64,000 nt of DNA from Chthoniobacterales bacterium (GTDB lineage Bacteria; Verrucomicrobiota; Verrucomicrobiia; Chthoniobacterales; Chthoniobacteraceae), in contig JBBQZX010000011.1 of the NCBI GenBank assembly GCA_038207335.1, positions 1 through 64,000 on the forward strand, read 5' to 3'. A program made the position numbers and the translations under genes. Under the pieces are notes generated by a model. The model saw only the letters and a program-made list of their open reading frames with translations, was not told where the DNA came from and made no database searches. Positions 39,225 to 48,951 of the stretch are shown piece by piece; positions within the stretch are counted from its first letter, which is position 1; every line of letters starts with the position of its first letter.

Positions 39225-40526
39225 TTACGGAGCGGCGTTTTCGGCGTCCATGATTTCGCACGTCGCCGCGAGGAAACGCGCGGCCAGCCGTGGCATCGAA
39301 TATTCGCGTCCCACCGCTGCGCGTCCGCGCTTCCCGAATTCGCGCGCTTTTTGCGGATCGTTCAGCAGCGACTCCCACGCATCCGCGAGCGCCGTCGCGC
39401 TGCCCGGTTCGAACAAAATCCCGCCGCCCGTCGCCGCGATGATCTCGGGAAACGAAGCGGTCTCCGGCTGCACCACGGGAACTCCGGCCGCGAGTGCCTC
39501 AATGAGAAAAAGCCCGAACGCCTCACCGTAACTCGTCGGCACCGACAGCAGCGTGAGGCGCTGGAGAAAGGCCACCTTTTCCTCACGGCTCACATTTGGC
39601 AGAAACTCGGCATCGCCCGCGCAGCCAGCCTCCGCGAGCTTGCGGCGCATTGTGGCGACATAGCGCTCGTCCTCCGCTGTCATGGCGCCTGCGACGCGCA
39701 GTTTCACGCCGGAAAATGTGGCGCGCTTTTTCAGGAGAATGAACGCGTCGATCACGAGCCCGAGTCCCTTGCCTTCGATCATTCGTGCGAGAAAACCGAT
39801 CGCCGGAACGATCGGCGCGCCTCCGATTTCCGCAAAATCCGCGAGGTCAATTCCGTTCGGAATCACGCGCACTTGCGCCTCCGGCAGGCGCATCCGCCGC
39901 TGCATCAGTTCCGCATAAAATCGACTCGGTGCGATAAACCGCCCGACATCGCGCGACCGCTCGGCGAGCGTCTCCCATGAGCGCGCGCGCCACGGCTCCG
40001 GCAGACCGTCGAGAAAAACATCTTCACCCTGAAGCGAACAGATTACCGCCACGCCGAGCTCCCGCCGCAGCCGCCGCGCGAGTCCGGCGAGCAGCGCGGT
40101 CGAGAGCCACACCGCATCGGGCCGATGCTCGCGCAGCCAGTCGATGAGCTTGTCGAGTTCCTTCGCCTGATTTCCCTCCTCACCGCGCAGCATGGAAAAT
40201 GTGAGCTCTCCGACTTCGGCAGTCGCCGTCATGCCGGTCTGCCGCGCCGCCAGATTCAAGAGGCCGCGGGCATTCAACAGGCGGTCGAGCCAGCGCGGCG
40301 TGTGGCGGAAAAGCGCGAGCTTTTGCTGCAAATAGACATTCACGCCGCCGAAAAAGATCGGCGACTCCGGGCTCGCCGCGCCTTCCTCCAACGTGAGCGG
40401 CAGATACATCGGCAGCATCACCGCATCGTGCCCCTGCCGGATGAGTTCCTTCGCCAGCGCATTGTCCCTCATGCAGACGCCGCAGTAGTAGCTGCCTGTG
40501 CCAGGTGTGATGAGGACGATCCTCAT
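39225..40526 (-). CDS. Glycosyltransferase family 4
   Basis: VIPNGIDL, ARMIEGKG, EAFGLFLIEALAAGVPVV; unusual N-terminal YYCGVCMRD. Confidence 0.9.
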   Translation of the reverse strand: MRIVLITPGTGSYYCGVCMRDNALAKELIRQGHDAVMLPMYLPLTLEEGAASPESPIFFGGVNVYLQQKLALFRHTPRWLDRLLNARGLLNLAARQTGMTATAEVGELTFSMLRGEEGNQAKELDKLIDWLREHRPDAVWLSTALLAGLARRLRRELGVAVICSLQGEDVFLDGLPEPWRARSWETLAERSRDVGRFIAPSRFYAELMQRRMRLPEAQVRVIPNGIDLADFAEIGGAPIVPAIGFLARMIEGKGLGLVIDAFILLKKRATFSGVKLRVAGAMTAEDERYVATMRRKLAEAGCAGDAEFLPNVSREEKVAFLQRLTLLSVPTSYGEAFGLFLIEALAAGVPVVQPETASFPEIIAATGGGILFEPGSATALADAWESLLNDPQKAREFGKRGRAAVGREYSMPRLAARFLAATCEIMDAENAAP

Positions 40527-40562
40527 TGGAAGAGCGGAAAAATGTTCAATGCCGCAGGCATC

Positions 40563-41981
40563 TCACTCCCCTCGCAGATCATAACAAATCACCCGCGGTC
40601 CTTTGCCAGAGCTGTCCCGCGAGTTTTCGCAAACGTAGAGCAGCCCTCGGCTGAGCGCGGGAAGCGTCCATGTTTCCGGCGCGCTGAAGAGCGTTGCGGA
40701 TTGCTTCACCGTCGCGCATTTCGACGTGAGATCGAGCCACGCGAGTGTGCCATTTTCGCCGAGGCAGAGGAACGCGCCATCGACCGCGAGGAGGCTGGCG
40801 CGCTGGAATTTTCCGCCAAGGTCGTCGCCCCACATTTGGCGTCCGGTCGAGGCTTCGTAGCAGACGAGTTCCGCGAGCCGCGGTTGCTGCCCCGCACAGC
40901 CGTAAAGGTATCCGTTCTGAGCGATCGGCGTCATGAAATACGCGCCGAAATTCTCCGCCTTCCACACGCTTTTGGCGGAAAAGTCGGGCGCGATCTCGAT
41001 CATCTCCCCGCCGGATCCATAGGACTCCGTGACGAAGACGCGATTGCCGATCACGACCGGCGACGACGCGCTCACCGACTCCGCGATCTCCGCGCGATGC
41101 GGCGTGGCGTTGAGCACTTTTCCAGTCACTGCGTCGATGCACAGCAGCCCGCCGGTCGGCGGACGGCTCTCGCCTCCGGCGAAAAGCAGCACGCACTCAC
41201 GACCGTAAAATGTCGCCGGAATCGGCGATGCGTAGCTCGCGCCCCACGGGTGTTTGGCACGCCAGAGCTCCTTGCCGGTCGCCGTGTCGAGCTCCACGGC
41301 GCACACATTGTCCGCACCGCCGACATTCACGATGAGGCGGTTTCCCATCACGAGTGGTGTCGAGCCGTGGCCGAAAAAGTTCGGCAGCATCGCGTATTCT
41401 TTTTCGAGGTCGCGCTGCCAAATAACTTGGCCGTCGCGCAGATCAAAGCAATGGAGCTGACCTGAAATGCCAAACGTGAAAACGCGCCCGTCCGCAATCA
41501 CTGGATTCGTCGCGGGCCCGTCGCCCGAGCCGTAGCGGTCGCGATAGGGCGCGGCGTAATCGCTGTGCCAGAGCGGTTTCCCGGTCGATGCGTCGAGGCA
41601 ATCGACGGCCTCGCGTCCGTCGATCCGGTGAAAAAGTGCGAGCCGATCGCCGACGATCGCGGGGCACGAATGGCCTTCGCCTTTTGGAAATTCCCAAACG
41701 ACGGCCGGTCCGCCTGCGGGCCATGTTTTGAGGAGATGGGTTGCGGCGGATGTGGCGTTGTCGTGTGGTCCGAGGAAGCGCGGCCAGTCTTCGGTGACTG
41801 CGGTCTTGGTGAGAGGCTTCGGAGCCGCGTGAAAAGTGGGCTCAGTGGCGAAAGCCGGGAACGCCAGCAACGCGAGCGCAGCGAGCAAAATCCCGGGAGC
41901 ACACGCGCCCCGCGTGTCGGTCGCGTCGCGCGGGACGACTGCGCTCCCCGGAGGTGCTACTTCCGCGCTCGAATTTCTCAT
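40563..41981 (-). CDS. Secreted PQQ-binding-like beta-propeller protein (PVC type)
   Basis: Signal-like segment, DWPRFLGP, repeated LDxxTGKxxW. Confidence 0.85.
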   Translation of the reverse strand: MRNSSAEVAPPGSAVVPRDATDTRGACAPGILLAALALLAFPAFATEPTFHAAPKPLTKTAVTEDWPRFLGPHDNATSAATHLLKTWPAGGPAVVWEFPKGEGHSCPAIVGDRLALFHRIDGREAVDCLDASTGKPLWHSDYAAPYRDRYGSGDGPATNPVIADGRVFTFGISGQLHCFDLRDGQVIWQRDLEKEYAMLPNFFGHGSTPLVMGNRLIVNVGGADNVCAVELDTATGKELWRAKHPWGASYASPIPATFYGRECVLLFAGGESRPPTGGLLCIDAVTGKVLNATPHRAEIAESVSASSPVVIGNRVFVTESYGSGGEMIEIAPDFSAKSVWKAENFGAYFMTPIAQNGYLYGCAGQQPRLAELVCYEASTGRQMWGDDLGGKFQRASLLAVDGAFLCLGENGTLAWLDLTSKCATVKQSATLFSAPETWTLPALSRGLLYVCENSRDSSGKGPRVICYDLRGE

Positions 41982-43228
41982 ACCATCGCCACCCGTCCGT
42001 GCGGGAGCGGCGCGGGGAGTTCCGCAAATTCACCTACCGCAGCGTAAAGTTCCGTGAAGTCTCCGAGCAGGTCGCCGATGAGACAATCCGTGAGCCGTCC
42101 GCGTTGCTCAGGATACTTTTTCAGCATCCGCCCAAACGAAAAATTCACGTCGTAAAACGCATACACCAGCGCGCGCATCGCCTCGATCGCACCGCAAAGT
42201 TGTTCACCGTAATCTGCAAAATGCACGCCGCTCGTGTCACCGGCGGTTAGCGCGGCATCGACGGCATCGGCGGCGAGTTCTCCGCTTTTCAGCGCGAGGA
42301 AGACTCCGCTCGAAAAGACCGGATCGAGAAACGCAAACGCATCGCCCGCGAGCAGCAGCCCATCAGCCGCGCAAAACTTCGACCGATAAGAAAACTCGCT
42401 CGTCGCGAAGTACTCTCCGAACTGCGCTCCTGCGCTGACGTGGTCCTTGATCCAGACGTTCTGTTCGAGCTGCCGCGCGAAGACCTCGGCGAGATTCTTG
42501 GAGTCGCGGAATAGCTCCTCGCGCTCCGCCACAACGCCGACGCTCACGATGTCGCCGCGCATCGGGATGTACCAAAACCAGCCGCGATCCTCGACGTAGG
42601 CGACGGTGGTATTTCCCTCGTCGATGCCGGGATCGCGCTTCGCCCCGCGGTAGTAGGTCCACACCGCCATCTTGTTCAGTCGCGCGTCTTTGATCCGCCA
42701 TCCGTCTCGCGCTGTGGCGACCTGCTCGCGGCCGGAGCAGTCGATCGTCATCGGCGCGAAAGCCTGTATCTGCCTTCCTTCGCGGTCGATCGCCTCCACG
42801 CCGATCACGCGGCCGGAGTCGTCTTTGATCGTAAGCTTCACCGCCGTTTCCTCGCGCACGTCAGCTCCCTTTTTGCGCGCGTTATCCAGCAGCATGAGAT
42901 CGAAATCCGCGCGTTCGACCTGCCAGCTCGTGGAGCTCGGATGATCGTAGTGCTCGAAGAAATAGAACGGTTGTGACTGCCGCCCATCCTGGGTGACGAA
43001 TTGCACGCTCATCTTTTTCGTGAAAGCGATGCGCTCGATTTCATCGAGCACACCGAGCCGCTCGAACGTGAACCAGCAAAACGGCATCAGCGATTCGCCA
43101 ACGTGGTAGCGTGGAAACTTTTCCTTCTCCAAAAGCAGTACGCGCCGCCCCTTCTCCGCGAGCAGAGCAGCAGCCGTTGAGCCCGCCGGACCGCCGCCGA
43201 TTACAATGACGTCGCAGTTGATTTTCAC
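41978..43228 (-). CDS. Flavin-dependent halogenase-like oxidoreductase
   Basis: GGGPAG, PRYHVGESL, FTKK (catalytic Lys position), GWFWYIP, FLDPVFSSG; GTG start overlaps the upstream stop. Confidence 0.82.
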   Translation of the reverse strand: MKINCDVIVIGGGPAGSTAAALLAEKGRRVLLLEKEKFPRYHVGESLMPFCWFTFERLGVLDEIERIAFTKKMSVQFVTQDGRQSQPFYFFEHYDHPSSTSWQVERADFDLMLLDNARKKGADVREETAVKLTIKDDSGRVIGVEAIDREGRQIQAFAPMTIDCSGREQVATARDGWRIKDARLNKMAVWTYYRGAKRDPGIDEGNTTVAYVEDRGWFWYIPMRGDIVSVGVVAEREELFRDSKNLAEVFARQLEQNVWIKDHVSAGAQFGEYFATSEFSYRSKFCAADGLLLAGDAFAFLDPVFSSGVFLALKSGELAADAVDAALTAGDTSGVHFADYGEQLCGAIEAMRALVYAFYDVNFSFGRMLKKYPEQRGRLTDCLIGDLLGDFTELYAAVGEFAELPAPLPHGRVAMV

Positions 43229-43755
43229 GGGTGCAAAACCTCGACGATGCGCGCCAGCACTTGATTTCCAGCGTCGAGCAGTACGTTGCAACGGCCATAA
43301 AACCGCTCGGCATCCGGCGCGTCGAAATGCTCGCGCATGACGGAGTCGGGGCCGAGTTGAATGAACGCTTTCGGATCGCTCCGATACGTGAGCCCGAAAT
43401 GATTCAGCAGCCCTCCAAGCGGCAGATGCGCCTCGACGATGAGCCCACGCAAATCCTCGGGAAACGCTTCGAGATTGATCTCGATCGCGCCGTATTCCAC
43501 CGGCTTTCCGGTCTCCTCAATGTGCAGCACGACCTCGCGCCGATAGGTGGCGACGGCGTGTTCCCGGTGCAGGACTTCGAGCACGATCGAACCGCGATGA
43601 AACGCCTCGAGGCGCGATGTCATGTCGCCATCATGGACGAGCAGCGAACGATACGGCTCGGGCATTTCGGCTCCGTCGATCGTCTCGAAATGCGGAAGCG
43701 ACTCGCCGTTGTTTTGGCGGAACAAGCCGAGCGGGTGAAGGAGATCGGCGGTCAC
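43225..43755 (-). CDS. Chorismate lyase (UbiC/UTRA-fold)-like protein
   Basis: LLVHDGDMTSRLE, YRREVVL, PLGGLL pattern of chorismate pyruvate-lyases. Confidence 0.65.
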   Translation of the reverse strand: MTADLLHPLGLFRQNNGESLPHFETIDGAEMPEPYRSLLVHDGDMTSRLEAFHRGSIVLEVLHREHAVATYRREVVLHIEETGKPVEYGAIEINLEAFPEDLRGLIVEAHLPLGGLLNHFGLTYRSDPKAFIQLGPDSVMREHFDAPDAERFYGRCNVLLDAGNQVLARIVEVLHP

Positions 43756-45092
43756 GTGTACCGCGCTCCCCTGTGCTGCGGCAGGAAGAACGCGTGCAGC
43801 AGCGTGTCCACTTTTAGCAACGCCTCGCGCGTGAGCACGAGCCAGTCGCCCTGCTCACTGATGAGCCCGCAGCGCTTGAGATCGTCCCACTCCGGACGGA
43901 AGCGCTCGCCGACTTTGACGCCGAATTTTTCCACAAAATACGACTGGCTCACGCGTCCGAGTTTCATCTGCAGGATGAGCTCGCGAATCATGCGCTCTTC
44001 CTCGGTCGTGGTCATCGCGCGGGAGATGGGCAACTCGCCACGATGGATCGCTTCGACGTATTGCGTGAACTCCGCGATGTTTTGAAAATGTGTCCCGGCG
44101 ATGTGCGAAAATGACGCAACTCCGAGCCCGACGAGGTCCGCTCCGGTCCACAAGTCGTCGCGATAAACGAACTTTGTTTTCTGCGGATCGCGCACCGCGG
44201 TGTAGCCGCTCGTCACCGTATAGCCGGCCTTTTCCAGCTCGCGAAAAGCCTCGTCCACCCACCCGCGTTTCGTGTGCCAGTCGGCGACGGGCGCGGTGAG
44301 TTTTCCCTCGGCTTTCATCTCTTTGTAGATGCCCGTGTTGTAGGGCACTTCCATCTGGTAGATCGTGACGCTGTCGGGCAGCAACTCGATCGTTTTGCGG
44401 ATGTTCTCGCTCCAGTTTTCATCGGTCTCCTCGACCATGCCGGAGATGAGATCGATGTTGATCTGCGGGAAGCCGATGGACCGCGCGTAGTTGTAAGCGC
44501 GATAGATTTCGGCGGTGCGATGGGCGCGCCCGTTGATCTCCAGAATGTGGCTGTCGAAATTTTCAACGCCGAGTGAAAGTCGCGTGATACCGATGTCGCG
44601 GAGCGCGGCGAGCTTCTGCTCGGTGAGCGTGCCAGGCTCGGCCTCGAAGGCGACTTCCTCCGCCTCGTCCCACGGCAGCAGAGCCTTCATATTGTCGGTG
44701 AGATACGTGAGCTGCGCGACGGAGAGGTAGCTCGGCGTGCCGCCGCCGAAATAAACGAACTTTGGCTTCCGCCCGCGGATGAGCGGCGACGCGGCGTAGA
44801 TTTTCATCTCTTCAATCCCGGCATCGAGATAGCCGCGGATGTCATCCGCATTTTTGTCTGTATAGACGCGGAAGTAGCAGAAATGGCAGCGCTTCCGGCA
44901 GAAAGGGATGTGGAAATAAACGCCCAGCGGCACGTCGGGCGTCGCCGGCTGGTCGAGCAGGCCGCGGACGCGCTGCGCGGTTTCGGCGTCCCAGTAGGAA
45001 AATGGCGGGTAGTTCGCGACGAAGTAATTGCCGACCTCGGTTTTGTCGTGGTCCTTTTCGTGGTCGAGAATTTCAGTGATTTCAGTGCTCAT
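43752..45092 (-). CDS. HemN-like (class C) radical SAM enzyme
   Basis: YFHIPFCRKRCHFC, YFGGGTPS, RLSLGVE, NIDLISG, GLGVASFS. Confidence 0.9.
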   Translation of the reverse strand: MSTEITEILDHEKDHDKTEVGNYFVANYPPFSYWDAETAQRVRGLLDQPATPDVPLGVYFHIPFCRKRCHFCYFRVYTDKNADDIRGYLDAGIEEMKIYAASPLIRGRKPKFVYFGGGTPSYLSVAQLTYLTDNMKALLPWDEAEEVAFEAEPGTLTEQKLAALRDIGITRLSLGVENFDSHILEINGRAHRTAEIYRAYNYARSIGFPQINIDLISGMVEETDENWSENIRKTIELLPDSVTIYQMEVPYNTGIYKEMKAEGKLTAPVADWHTKRGWVDEAFRELEKAGYTVTSGYTAVRDPQKTKFVYRDDLWTGADLVGLGVASFSHIAGTHFQNIAEFTQYVEAIHRGELPISRAMTTTEEERMIRELILQMKLGRVSQSYFVEKFGVKVGERFRPEWDDLKRCGLISEQGDWLVLTREALLKVDTLLHAFFLPQHRGARYT

Positions 45093-46252
45093 TTTTTAGG
45101 TGCTCCGGTGGTGGCTTCGGCAGCCGTGGCGGCTCCGAAGCAGTAGAGATTTCCATCTTCCGCCCCGACGACGATGCGGCCATCCGCGACAGCGGGGGAA
45201 GAGGTGATCGCCGCGCCAATTTCGTAGGCCCAGCGCTCTTTGCCGTCGGCGAGGCCGATGCAGTAAAGTCGGCCGTCGTCGCAGCCGACGACGATCGCGT
45301 CGGTGCAGACGACGGGTGAACTATCGATCGGTCCGCGGGCTTGAAATTTCCAGACCGACTTGCCGCTCTCGCGGTCGATGCAGTGCAGTTGCTTGTCGCG
45401 CCCGCCGATGATGACGCGATCCGCGGTGACTGCGGCGGAGGAAAAATACGGAAAATTGCGGTCGCGATATTTCCACAGGATCGCGCCCTTTTGCGGATCG
45501 AATGCCAGGACTTGGTTGCCGTAATTTCCGACGTATCCGATGCCCCCGGAGATGGCGACGGAGGAGGCGATGTAGGCTTCCGAATCGATCTGGCGCAACT
45601 CCGCGCCGTCCTTGAGCTGAAGGACGTGGATGGCCGCGTCACAGCCGCCGAACACGATTTCACCGGTGGAAAATAGGGCGGGAGCGCCGTTGATGTAGTT
45701 GTCCGTCTCGTGCGTCCAGACGGCTTTGCCAGTCGCGGCATCGACGCAGTGCAGGCTGGCATCGTAACTGCCGACGAGAATCCAAGTCCCCTCTCCCGCG
45801 GGACTTTTCGCGTGATTCGCACCACCGAGGATTTTGTCGCCGGTGGTGTATTTCCACTTTTGCGCGCCGCTTGCGGCATCAAGCGCGTACAGGCTGGAAT
45901 CGGAGGAGCCGATGTAGATGACGCCGTCGAGCGCGAGCGGTGTGGCCTCGATCGCGCCTTCGGTTTTGAAGGTCCACAGCTCTTTGCCGTCGTTGAGATT
46001 CAGGGCGTGGACGACACCAGCATCGTCGCCGAAATAGACGCGTCCGTCGGCGATGGCGGCAGCGCCCTTGATGGGTTTTCCGGCGGTGAAGGTCCACGCG
46101 AGATTGGCGCTCGCAGGGGCGGGCATGGCTGCGATGCCCTGTAACTGCGGGCCTCCGCGGTGCATGGGCCAGTCGGCGACTTGGGCGAGGGTCGAGAGTG
46201 CGAAGAGATGGAGTCCGGCGAGCGCTACCCGGAGTTTGCGCTTCGCGCTCAT
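45089..46252 (-). CDS. Secreted PQQ/BamB-like beta-propeller protein
   Basis: Signal peptide, DWPMHRGG, about eight repeats of GSxDxxLYALDAxxGxxxW. Confidence 0.88.
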   Translation of the reverse strand: MSAKRKLRVALAGLHLFALSTLAQVADWPMHRGGPQLQGIAAMPAPASANLAWTFTAGKPIKGAAAIADGRVYFGDDAGVVHALNLNDGKELWTFKTEGAIEATPLALDGVIYIGSSDSSLYALDAASGAQKWKYTTGDKILGGANHAKSPAGEGTWILVGSYDASLHCVDAATGKAVWTHETDNYINGAPALFSTGEIVFGGCDAAIHVLQLKDGAELRQIDSEAYIASSVAISGGIGYVGNYGNQVLAFDPQKGAILWKYRDRNFPYFSSAAVTADRVIIGGRDKQLHCIDRESGKSVWKFQARGPIDSSPVVCTDAIVVGCDDGRLYCIGLADGKERWAYEIGAAITSSPAVADGRIVVGAEDGNLYCFGAATAAEATTGAPKK

Positions 46253-47397
46253 GCTAGGGCCTCCGCATAGAGTTGTTCAAAGTCGGCGGCGGCGATCGGA
46301 CGCGGATTGAAGGTCGCGGTCCATTGTTGCGCGGCTTCGGATGCGAGTTGAGGGATCATCGCGCCGTCGATTGAGATCGGAGTGCGGAGGCCGGCGAGCA
46401 CGAGGATTTCTTCGAGACGCGCGAGGAGTTCTTCGATCGAGCCGATGCCCGCAGCTGCGGCGTGTTCGAGGTAATGCGCACGGGCCGCGGGATCGGCGGC
46501 ATTGAAACGCACGACAGCGGGCAGCATCACGCCGACGGCCTGACCATGGATGGTCCCGAGATGCGCGGTGAGCGGATTTGCCGCAGAGTGCGCCGCACCG
46601 AGCATCGAGTTCTCAATCGCAGTACCGCCAAATGCGGCGCCGAGCTGCATCATGGCGCGTGCCTCGAGGTCGGCGGGGTCGCGTAAGACACGCTCGATTC
46701 CCGACATGCAGAGCCGGAATGCCTCGCGCGAAAACATCGCGGAAAGCGGCGTGCGCTTTTTTGTCACGGCGGTTTCGAGCGCGTGTGCGAGAGCGTCGAT
46801 CCCTGTGCAGGCGGTCACTCGCGCGGGTTGCGAGACGGTGAGCAGCGGGTCGAGGATCGCCACGCGCGCGGCGGCCTTCGGATCGCCGCACGCCAGTTTG
46901 AGATGCGTCGCTTCATCGGTGATGAGTGCGAACGATTGGCACTCGCTGCCGGTGCCGGAAGTCGTCGGGACGGCGATGAGCGGCAGCATCGGCTTCGTGG
47001 CTTTGCCGATGCCGATGTAATCCTGCATCCGTCCGCCATTCGTCAGCAGAAAGTTGCAGCCCTTCGCCGTGTCCATGCTGCTGCCGCCGCCGAGGCCGAT
47101 GATGAAGTCGATGTCCGCCTGCCGAGCCGCTTCGACACAGCGTTCGACGTCGCCGGTCGCGGGATTTTCATGCACCTCGTCGAAGACAGTAACGTGCAGA
47201 CCGGCTGCTTCGAGAAAGGTGATCGCGCGGCTCGGATGGCCTGCGGCAGCGATGCCTTTGTCGGTGACGAGCAGGCCGTGTTTTCCACCAAAGTCGCGCG
47301 CGAGGCTGCCGATTTGCTCGAGTGCGTCTTCGCCCGAGACGATGCGCGTGCGCGGCTGGTAATCGAACGCGGCGAGTATGGATGCGGAGCGATGCAC
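46249..47397 (-). CDS. Iron-containing alcohol dehydrogenase
   Basis: GLGGGSSMDTAKG, PTTSGTGSE, DALAHALE, AHS, HGQAV. Confidence 0.93.
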   Translation of the reverse strand: MHRSASILAAFDYQPRTRIVSGEDALEQIGSLARDFGGKHGLLVTDKGIAAAGHPSRAITFLEAAGLHVTVFDEVHENPATGDVERCVEAARQADIDFIIGLGGGSSMDTAKGCNFLLTNGGRMQDYIGIGKATKPMLPLIAVPTTSGTGSECQSFALITDEATHLKLACGDPKAAARVAILDPLLTVSQPARVTACTGIDALAHALETAVTKKRTPLSAMFSREAFRLCMSGIERVLRDPADLEARAMMQLGAAFGGTAIENSMLGAAHSAANPLTAHLGTIHGQAVGVMLPAVVRFNAADPAARAHYLEHAAAAGIGSIEELLARLEEILVLAGLRTPISIDGAMIPQLASEAAQQWTATFNPRPIAAADFEQLYAEALA

Positions 47398-47427
47398 GTT
47401 TTTCTTAACCAGCGCCTTCGTGGTTCT

Positions 47428-48858
47428 TTAGACGGCCCGCTCGATCGAGCGGCGTTTGTAGAGGAACTCGAACATGTTGCCCTCGTGGGGCTGGTCCCAT
47501 GAGATTTTCGTCGTGGAGATCGGGCCGAGATTTAAGCGCTCGATGAGCGGCGAATCAAGCAACTGCGCGGTAAACGCGGGATCGCGTGTGATCGCGGTGA
47601 CGACGAGTGACGGCCCGATTTTCGCGAGCATCTCGGACTGAGGAACCGTGACGACGCTCGCGAACGGGCAGAGATACTCGCGGTTTGCGAGCGGGTGAGC
47701 GAATGAGTCGCAGAGCACGATCGTGGGACGCAGGTAGGTGCCGTTTTCTTCCACCTTTCGTGAGCCGGCGCGATATTTTGCGGTCACGTCCGTCGCGCCA
47801 GGAGTTTGGAGGCCATCCTCGATCGCTGCGTCGATGAACTGCGCCATCTTCGGATTAGCGAAGCCGGAGAGGCGCGCGCTTTCGTCGTCAGGCGCGGTCG
47901 GTAAAATGGGGCCGAGTTTTTGGGCGAGCGCCTCGGCGATCTCGGTGGCATATTTTGGGACGACGACGGCGGAGGCGTTCACGCAGGAGCGGCCGCCGTT
48001 GTCGGAGATCGAGCCGGCGATGAGGTCGATGTATTCGGGCCAGTTTTCGATGGCGTCGTCGCCGATGAGGATTTTTGAAAAGCCGGGGCCATGGACGGAG
48101 AATTTCGCGTTGCCGCGGTACTGCTCGACGGTATTCGCGTCGCCGAAAATGAGCGCGCGTCCGCACAGCTTCATCACTTCGCCCGAGCCCTCGTGATCGG
48201 TCGGATAGAAGCCGAACGCCTCGCGCGGCGCGCCCGCGGCGATGAACGCCTGAATGAGCCGATACGGCGTCCACGGCTCCTCGCGGCCGGGCTTAATGAC
48301 AACCGGCGTCTTCAGCGCGATGGCCGGCAGCCATAGCGAATTTACCGCCGGAGAGTTGCTCGGCATCACGAGCCCCAGCGCATTTGTGGTCGGGTAAAAC
48401 GACACCGCCGCTCCGCAATGCTCGCCGTATCCGCGATCGAGCACGTCTAGAGGCAGGCCGCGTGTGAGGCCGTTCAGCACGGTGCGCACATTCGTCAACG
48501 CGAAGTGAATCTTCGCCATGTTCCGCCGCACCATCACATGCGGCAGGCCGCTCGTGGCGCTCAGCGTCTCGATGTATTGCTGCGCCGATTGCGTGTGGCC
48601 CTGGTCGCCGAGCGGCAGTTCGCCATTGAGAAAATGCTCACCCGCTTTCGCCGAAATCTCGATCAGTTCGGCGACCGAAAACTTCTTCAACGCCGCGCGC
48701 GCCTCGCCGATGCGCGCCATGTCTTTTCTCAAAATCCCGGCGCCGACCTGGCTGACGCGCGCCATCGGTTGGCCGGTGCGGTGATTGACGACTTCGACGG
48801 TGTCGAGGCTTTCGTAGGGCTGTCCGCGGCGCAGCGCGGGGAGGTGCGGGAGATTCAT
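47428..48858 (-). CDS. ALDH-superfamily protein, EhpG/LuxC (acyl-reductase)-like
   Basis: PSNSP, KPGREEP, catalytic GGRSCVNAS; HGPGFSK replaces the ELGGK general-base motif. Confidence 0.8.
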   Translation of the reverse strand: MNLPHLPALRRGQPYESLDTVEVVNHRTGQPMARVSQVGAGILRKDMARIGEARAALKKFSVAELIEISAKAGEHFLNGELPLGDQGHTQSAQQYIETLSATSGLPHVMVRRNMAKIHFALTNVRTVLNGLTRGLPLDVLDRGYGEHCGAAVSFYPTTNALGLVMPSNSPAVNSLWLPAIALKTPVVIKPGREEPWTPYRLIQAFIAAGAPREAFGFYPTDHEGSGEVMKLCGRALIFGDANTVEQYRGNAKFSVHGPGFSKILIGDDAIENWPEYIDLIAGSISDNGGRSCVNASAVVVPKYATEIAEALAQKLGPILPTAPDDESARLSGFANPKMAQFIDAAIEDGLQTPGATDVTAKYRAGSRKVEENGTYLRPTIVLCDSFAHPLANREYLCPFASVVTVPQSEMLAKIGPSLVVTAITRDPAFTAQLLDSPLIERLNLGPISTTKISWDQPHEGNMFEFLYKRRSIERAV

Positions 48859-48951
48859 GCGAAGGGCCGAGATTTATACGTCTGCGTATTAAATTGCGCA
48901 ACGGGTTTTCTTCCCGCGGCCCGCTTCACCGCGCCGCTGGCGCGAGGCGGC

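Noticed and set aside
43752..45092. Calling this gene hemN or hemW
   Set aside because: No heme-pathway context, no HemW HNxxYW motif, and it is coupled to tailoring genes.
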